A DNA stretch of 64,000 nt from Gammaproteobacteria bacterium (GTDB lineage Bacteria; Pseudomonadota; Gammaproteobacteria; CBDBNL01; JAAOII01): contig OZ242292.1 of NCBI GenBank assembly GCA_965207705.1, positions 1,545,309-1,609,308 on the forward strand, given 5' to 3'. Below are positions 58,607-64,000 of this stretch, piece by piece (positions within the stretch are counted from its first letter, which is position 1; every line of letters begins with the position of its first letter). The notes beneath the pieces are model-generated. The model saw nothing but the letters and a program-made list of their open reading frames with translations, did no database searches and had not been told where the DNA came from. Both the position numbers and the translations under genes were made by a program.

Positions 58607-60016
58607 ATGAAAAATAATCACATAGTTCGTGATCCTATACACAAATTTGTTAGTTATACTAACGAAGAAAAAGTAGTTATTGATTCCCCTCAATTTCAAC
58701 GCTTACGAGATATTCATCAGCTTGCTATGACCTATCTCATCTATCCAGGAGCCAGCCATAAACGCTTTGAACATTCATTGGGCGTTATGGAACTCGCTAC
58801 TAATATATTTGATGTCGTTATGGATGACGATAATCTAACCAAGAGATCCCGAGAAGTATTTCAAGAGCAATTACGCGACAAGCAATATTGGCGACAGACA
58901 TTACGCATGGCAGCATTATGTCATGATGTAGGACATTTACCATTTTCACACACGGGAGAAAAAATATTAGAGGGAATAAATCATGAAGATCTAACTCGTG
59001 AATTAATTAAGGGGGACATGAAGCAATTTTTTAATCAGATACCTGTCAATAAATGTGATGGAAGTAAAACATTAGATCCTAAAATAATATCCATAATAGC
59101 TACTAATGATTTTAAAAAATTAACAGAAAAAACTACAGAAGAACTTTGGAAAGAAATATTGAGTAGTATTATAACAAGCGACCTTTTTGGAGCCGACAGA
59201 ATGGATTATTTATTGCGAGATTCATGTCATATTGGAGTGCCCTATGGATTGGTGGATAAAGATAGATTAATTCGCTCATTACGTATCCTAGATATACCTT
59301 TGAATGATAATAATGATAGTATTCCTTTAGGTATTCATGAAAAGGATTTACCATTGGTGGAATCTTTATTAATGTCTCGCCATTGGATGTATAGCCAGGT
59401 TTACCAGCATCCTACTCGTAAGATATATGATGAACATTTACAAGATTTTCTTAAGGAATTAATGTATGAAGAGAGTTTTCCAGTTAGTGAGGATAGACCA
59501 GAAGGGTATTTGCAATGTACTGATTCTGATATATTAAGGGAATTATTTATGATACAAAATGATACTGAACACCGCTTACATAATCACTCTAATAAATTGC
59601 TAGAAAGAAAGTATCTATTTAGATTAGTATATAAACAAAATATTATTGATAAAAAGATATTTGAAGGGTGTTTTCTGAAAACAAAAAATAAGGATCCTTT
59701 TTCATTAAAGTTAAAAGAATTATACGAGCTAGCAGAAACCCCTACAGATCTAATATATGATAAAGTTTCCCGGAAATTCTTTGGTGAAATTATTAAAAGT
59801 ATTGGGAATAGTACTGACAAGAGGTATTTAAACTTTCCTGTAAAATTAGAAGATGGAACTATAAATGAGGTAAGAAATTGCTCTAAAATATTTAATCATA
59901 TAATTTCAACAGATTTTGATTATGGTTATATCTTTGCAAAACCAGATAAGAGCGGTGATATTAAAGAGTGGATTAAGAATAATAAAGATGGAATACTCCG
60001 CAATAAAATATTATAA
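58607..60016 (+). CDS. SAMHD1-like HD-domain dNTP triphosphohydrolase (COG1078-type). An alternative start at 58562 is possible.
   Basis: DPIHKFV...IDSPQFQRLRDIHQLA...YPGASHKRFEHSLGV, CHDVGHLPFSH and DRMDYLLRDSCHIGVPYG together form the H..H / HD / D metal-binding motif set of the dNTPase family. The gene is very AT-rich relative to its neighbours. Confidence 0.75.
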   Translation: MKNNHIVRDPIHKFVSYTNEEKVVIDSPQFQRLRDIHQLAMTYLIYPGASHKRFEHSLGVMELATNIFDVVMDDDNLTKRSREVFQEQLRDKQYWRQTLRMAALCHDVGHLPFSHTGEKILEGINHEDLTRELIKGDMKQFFNQIPVNKCDGSKTLDPKIISIIATNDFKKLTEKTTEELWKEILSSIITSDLFGADRMDYLLRDSCHIGVPYGLVDKDRLIRSLRILDIPLNDNNDSIPLGIHEKDLPLVESLLMSRHWMYSQVYQHPTRKIYDEHLQDFLKELMYEESFPVSEDRPEGYLQCTDSDILRELFMIQNDTEHRLHNHSNKLLERKYLFRLVYKQNIIDKKIFEGCFLKTKNKDPFSLKLKELYELAETPTDLIYDKVSRKFFGEIIKSIGNSTDKRYLNFPVKLEDGTINEVRNCSKIFNHIISTDFDYGYIFAKPDKSGDIKEWIKNNKDGILRNKIL

Positions 60017-60082
60017 TTATTTTTATGTCTTATTAACATTTATTATAAAATATAGAAGATATTATTAACTACGAGGTATATT

Positions 60083-60652
60083 ATGAAAATAGAGGATAGA
60101 GTTAAATTTATTTGTTTTTTACTTGACGCACTAAAAAGTAAAAATGGTTGGGCGGGGATGATTCATTTACAAAAAGGATGCTATATTGCACAGCGCATGT
60201 TAAGTATTCCTTTAGATTATAAATTTATACAGTATATTTACGGTCCTTATGCTTTTGACTTAGAAGAGGAGATACGTATAACAAATAGGAGACTTATACT
60301 GAGCAAGGGCTTACCTCCAGTTGGCTATGGATGTGCTTATGATTTCTATGAGGATATAGAAAAATATGTTGAAGAAAATAAGAATAATTACAAGTTCAAA
60401 GATGAAATTAATTTTATTGCCGGCTGGTTTTTAGATAAGAAAATAGGCAGGTTGGAAAAGCTGGCAGCGGCTTATATGATAAATGAGATATATCCTGATG
60501 CTGAACGAGAAGAAAGAATAAAAAAACTGATTGGATGGAAACCATTTATGACTGAGCCTGAAGCGCTTAGCTGTTTTGAGGATGTTGAGGAAAGAAATAA
60601 AGAAGTAGAAGAACTGGAGTTTATTAATAAAAAAATTAGCGTCTCAGGATAG
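60083..60652 (+). CDS. Panacea (DUF4065)-like small protein, paralog 1
   Basis: MIHLQKGCYIAQ...PLDYKFIQYIYGPYAFDLEEEI fits my recollection of the Panacea/SocA consensus (LQKLLYYAQ ... AWKYGPVVPEVY). 189 aa. Shares the RBS GAGGTATATTATG with paralog 2. Confidence 0.55.
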   Translation: MKIEDRVKFICFLLDALKSKNGWAGMIHLQKGCYIAQRMLSIPLDYKFIQYIYGPYAFDLEEEIRITNRRLILSKGLPPVGYGCAYDFYEDIEKYVEENKNNYKFKDEINFIAGWFLDKKIGRLEKLAAAYMINEIYPDAEREERIKKLIGWKPFMTEPEALSCFEDVEERNKEVEELEFINKKISVSG

Positions 60653-60743
60653 GCGCGCATACACCAAAGAATGATAGAAATTATTTCTATATTTTATTAA
60701 TATTTAATATAGAATATATAAGTTATTATTAAAGAGGTATATT

Positions 60744-61313
60744 ATGGAAGAAAAGGATAGAGTTAATTTTATTTGTTTTTTGCTCGGCGCACTAAAAGAT
60801 AAAAATGGTTGGGCAGGGATGATTCATTTACAAAAAGGATGTTATATTGCACAAGAAATGTTAGGCGTTCCTTTAGATTACAAGTTTATACAGTGTGTTT
60901 ACGGCCCTTACGCTTTTGACTTAAGAGATGAGGTGCGTATGTTAAATGATAAATTTATACTGAGTAAGAGTTTCCCCCCGGTTGGCTATGAATATGCTTA
61001 TGATTTTTATGAAGATGTAGAAAAGTGGGTTGAAGCAAACAGGGATAATTACAAGTTCAAAGATGAAATTAATTTTATTGCCGGCTGGTTTTTAGATAAG
61101 AAAATAGGTAGGTTAGAAAAACTGGCAGCAGCTTATATGATAAATGAGAAATATCCTGATGCTGAACGAGAAGAAAGGATGAAAAAGCTAATTGGATGGA
61201 AACCATTTATGACTGAACTTCAAGCAAAGGAAAGCTTTGATGAAGTTGAGGTAAAAGTTAAAGAACTAGAGGAAGTGGAGTTTATTAATAAAAAAGTTAG
61301 CGTCTCAGGATAG
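60744..61313 (+). CDS. Panacea (DUF4065)-like small protein, paralog 2
   Basis: About 80% amino-acid identity to paralog 1, with the same motifs (MIHLQKGCYIAQ, YGPYAFDL). The central ~170 bp is almost identical at nucleotide level. Confidence 0.55.
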   Translation: MEEKDRVNFICFLLGALKDKNGWAGMIHLQKGCYIAQEMLGVPLDYKFIQCVYGPYAFDLRDEVRMLNDKFILSKSFPPVGYEYAYDFYEDVEKWVEANRDNYKFKDEINFIAGWFLDKKIGRLEKLAAAYMINEKYPDAEREERMKKLIGWKPFMTELQAKESFDEVEVKVKELEEVEFINKKVSVSG

Positions 61314-61394
61314 GCGCGCATAAACAAACAACATAGTTTCCGTGAGGCAGGGCAACTTTTCCGCCCACACCATGCTCGCCTTATATTAGTTTGG

Positions 61395-61530
61395 CATTAT
61401 CTCCACCCATTGCTAACCTCCCCCTAACTACCGTAGCGGATTATCCAGTTTATGTCGCACTTATCGGTTCATACACCTATGGAATTCATGAAAAAAGATT
61501 TTGAGTCCCAAGTGATATGGGGCCATACAG
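61395..61530 (-). pseudogene. Frameshifted 3' remnant of a PhnB/VOC-like gene (paralog of 5489..5914)
   Basis: The sequence ACCGATAAGTGCGACATAAACTGGATAATCCGCTACGGTAGTTAGGGGGAGG matches the last codons (TDKYDINWIVRYGS*) and downstream CCCCCTAAC of the gene at 5489-5540. The upstream frame is broken. Confidence 0.5.
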
Positions 61531-61582
61531 CTATGAAAAATTATGAGAAATTGTGTTATAATTCCCACACATAAAACCTAAA

Positions 61583-61642
61583 GTGGGGAAACACAAAATA
61601 GGGGAAAACACAAAGGTGGGGAAACAAAAGAAGGGGGAAAAT
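61583..61642. repeat. Approximately 15-bp tandem repeat x4 (GTGGGGAAACACAAA-like) in the 5' region of the TRAP receptor gene
   Basis: AAGTGGGGAAACACAAAATAGGGGAAAACACAAAGGTGGGGAAACAAAAGAAGGGGGAAAATATG. Confidence 0.8.
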
Positions 61643-62797
61643 ATGCAACATAAAAGATTAGTCATCATAATGATGATGTTTACAGTGCTTAGTGTAACAC
61701 TTAGCGGCTGCAATAATCAACTTAGCCAATTCGGTCAATCAGACAAATCAGACAAATCAAACCTAGCAAAAAAATCGGCAACCAGTCCGACTGCTCAATA
61801 CCATTGGAAGATGGTTACCACCTGGCCCCGCAACTTACCAGTGTTAGGAACGGGCGCCAATTTCTTTGCCAAACAGATAGAAGATATGTCGGGAGGGCGG
61901 ATTAAGATTACAGTTTACGGCTCGGGCGAGCTGGTCGGACCCTTTGAAGTATTTGATGTTGTGGCGCGCGGCACAGTAGAAATGGGACATGGCGCATCCT
62001 TTTACTGGGCGGGCAAAAGCCAGACGATGCAGTTGTTTACTGCTATTCCATTTGGTCTTACCGCGCAGGAGGTAAACGCCTGGCTGCATCACGGTGGAGG
62101 GCTGGAACTATGGCAACGGGTGTACGCCAAATACGGAGTTATTCCATTCGCGGTTGGCAATAGCGCAATGCAGATGGGCGGTTGGTTCAATAAAGAGATA
62201 AACTCAATTGATGATTTAAAAGGGCTAAGGATGCGTATTCCTGGCTTGGGCGGCAACGCCTTTCAAAAGGCAGGAGGCATTGCGGTTGCTCTACCAGCCA
62301 GCGAGGTATTTCCTGCCTTGCAAAGTGGCGCCATAGATGCTGCCGAGTGGTCGGGTCCCTTCAGTGACCTTGCGTTAGGGCTGCATAGAATCGCTAAGTA
62401 TTATTATTATCCTGGTTGGCAAGAGCCGGGCTCTTCCCTTGAAGCAATAGTTAATCTTGATGCCTACAACTCACTACCTCCTGATTTGCAGTCCATAGTG
62501 CGCCATGCAGCGCGCGCTGCTAGTTTAGATATGCTGGCAGAAAGCACCGCCAATAATAACCGCGCTCTAAACCTATTAATTAATGAGCATAATGTTCAAC
62601 TAAGACGTTTCCCTGATGATGTCCTGAACAAACTAGCCGAGTATAGTCAGGAGTCATTGGCAGAGTTGGCGGGTAAGGATCCATTGTTTCGTGAAGTTTA
62701 TGAATCTTTGCGTGAGTTTCGTGATTCTGTAATGAATTGGCAGAATATATCCGAGTTGGAGTATCTGCAAGTCAGAGAAGAGGCAATTAATTTTTAA
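61643..62797 (+). CDS. TRAP transporter solute receptor (COG4663-like DctP family) lipoprotein
   Basis: Lipobox LSGC. WKMVTTWPRN, GHGASFYWAGK, FGLTAQE and YYYYPGW are highly similar to the COG4663 TRAP periplasmic component family. The start was trimmed from the ORF-track 61583 to ATG 61643. Confidence 0.8.
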   Translation: MQHKRLVIIMMMFTVLSVTLSGCNNQLSQFGQSDKSDKSNLAKKSATSPTAQYHWKMVTTWPRNLPVLGTGANFFAKQIEDMSGGRIKITVYGSGELVGPFEVFDVVARGTVEMGHGASFYWAGKSQTMQLFTAIPFGLTAQEVNAWLHHGGGLELWQRVYAKYGVIPFAVGNSAMQMGGWFNKEINSIDDLKGLRMRIPGLGGNAFQKAGGIAVALPASEVFPALQSGAIDAAEWSGPFSDLALGLHRIAKYYYYPGWQEPGSSLEAIVNLDAYNSLPPDLQSIVRHAARAASLDMLAESTANNNRALNLLINEHNVQLRRFPDDVLNKLAEYSQESLAELAGKDPLFREVYESLREFRDSVMNWQNISELEYLQVREEAINF

Positions 62798-62937
62798 TCC
62801 ATTAAATATTTATATTTACTCGCAATTGATTAATTGCTTTATAGTTAAGTATAATGAAACATAAGTATCCACAGTCCTGGTAATCGGTAATCGCTTATCT
62901 TGATTGTTTTTTATTAATCTAAATTAAGTAAATTATT

Positions 62938-64000
62938 ATGTATAAGAAATTTTTATTGTTATTAACCCTCGTGGTCGCAGCCGTTCTTGCCGCTTGTGCT
63001 CCTAAACAGGAAGCGCAGGTTGAAGCAGACGCAGCAGCAGAACAGGAGGTTTATGAGTGGAAGATGGTCACTACCTGGCCCAAAAACTTTCCTGGTCTTG
63101 GCACTGGCGCCAACTACTTTGCCGAACTTATTGGTGAAATGTCTGGTGGGCGAATCCAGGTTACAGTTTATGGTGGCGGCGAACTGGTTGGTCCGCTTGA
63201 AGTGTTTGACGCTGTATCCCGCGGCACTGCAGAGTTGGGGCATGGAGCAGCTTACTATTGGAAAGGCAAAAGTCAAGCGGCGCAATTATTTGCCGCAGTT
63301 CCTTTTGGCTTAACCGCGCAGGAAATGAACGCGTGGATTCACCATGGTGGTGGCATTGAACTTTGGGAAAAGATTTATGCGAAGTTTAACCTAGTTCCTC
63401 TTGCCGCAGGTAATACAGGCGTGCAGATGGGCGGCTGGTTTAACAAAGAAATTAATTCTGTGGAAGATTTAAAGGGGCTTAAAATGCGTATTCCTGGACT
63501 TGGTGGTGAAGTCCTGAAGCAGGCAGGCGGCGTTCCTGTGGGCTTGCCTGGTGGCGAGATTTTTGCCTCACTGCAATCTGGCGCTATAGATGCAACAGAA
63601 TGGGTAGGTCCTTATAATGATTTAGCTTTTGGTCTTTACAAAGCAGCTGAATACTATTATTATCCCGGTTGGCATGAGCCAGGCACTACTTTAGAAGGAA
63701 TGGTTAACAAAGAGGCGTTTGATGCCTTGCCTGCTGACCTGCAATCCATCGTGCGCAATGCGGCGCGAGTTGCCAACGAAGATATGTTATCTGAGTTTAT
63801 TGCCAATAATAATCGGGCGCTACAAACTTTGATAGAAGAACATGACGTAGTAGTTCGTCAATATCCTCAGTCAGTGCTTAATGAATTGGCAGCAATAAGC
63901 AACCGCGTCCTGGAAGATATTGCAGAAAATGATGCCGAGTTTAATGAGGTGTTTCAATCATTCAAAGCATTTCGTAAGGGTGCCATTCAATGGCATGGTG
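62938..64000 (+). CDS. TRAP transporter solute receptor paralog (lipoprotein), 3'-partial at the window end
   Basis: MYKKFLLLLTLVVAAVLAAC lipobox. WKMVTTWPKN, GHGAAYYWKGK, FGLTAQE and YYYYPGW. The frame from 62938 is open to the window end. It is absent from the ORF track because no stop falls within the window. Confidence 0.8.
   Translation, partial: MYKKFLLLLTLVVAAVLAACAPKQEAQVEADAAAEQEVYEWKMVTTWPKNFPGLGTGANYFAELIGEMSGGRIQVTVYGGGELVGPLEVFDAVSRGTAELGHGAAYYWKGKSQAAQLFAAVPFGLTAQEMNAWIHHGGGIELWEKIYAKFNLVPLAAGNTGVQMGGWFNKEINSVEDLKGLKMRIPGLGGEVLKQAGGVPVGLPGGEIFASLQSGAIDATEWVGPYNDLAFGLYKAAEYYYYPGWHEPGTTLEGMVNKEAFDALPADLQSIVRNAARVANEDMLSEFIANNNRALQTLIEEHDVVVRQYPQSVLNELAAISNRVLEDIAENDAEFNEVFQSFKAFRKGAIQWHG

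Noticed and set aside
61583-61642. N-terminal 20-aa extension of the TRAP receptor ORF (MGKHKIGENTKVGKQKKGEN)
   Set aside because: It is encoded by the 15-bp tandem repeat. The lipoprotein signal peptide begins at the downstream Met (61643), which is the more plausible start.

Overview
This ~64 kb window reads as chromosomal DNA of a moderately AT-rich gammaproteobacterium. The taxon is a gene-content guess only. Most of it is a housekeeping backbone: pepA-tkt, trmB, trhO, hldE, rnfBC, cobB, tRNA-Leu(CAG), malic enzyme, mrcA, gpsA, ispD, azlC, xseB-ispA-lolA-like, yggX, priA, accA-miaA, hisDC, rsmG-parAB, mpl, sdhCDAB-sucAB and two TRAP solute receptors. Two strongly AT-rich accessory islands interrupt this backbone. 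Island 1 (1-5450) carries a type III restriction-modification system (mod, res) plus a DUF4268-like PD-(D/E)xK nuclease. Island 2 (58480-61400) carries a SAMHD1-like HD-domain dNTP triphosphohydrolase followed by two tandem, diverged Panacea/DUF4065-like small proteins. This is the most interesting candidate in the window: a possible nucleotide-depletion toxin or defence module with Panacea-type regulators, and I cannot match it to a named system. The right edge of both islands is the same ~75 bp sequence, the 3' end of a PhnB/VOC-like gene. It is intact next to island 1 and a frameshifted remnant next to island 2, which suggests a shared integration or recombination site. A composite REP-like palindromic element with the core GTAGGGGCGGAGCTGCGCTCCGCCCGC occurs at five intergenic loci. 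Short tandem repeats are common, both intergenic and as in-frame low-complexity insertions in conserved enzymes (tkt, rnfC, ispD, miaA, hisC, rsmG and others). Other points of note are a GT2 glycosyltransferase, PNP-family nucleosidase fusion and SplB-like radical-SAM operon, a consensus sigma70 promoter placed directly in front of a strong intrinsic terminator, rnfBC without rnfADGE, and two repeat-rich surface lipoproteins (GLUG repeats and FN3 repeats). No CRISPR array and no rRNA were found.
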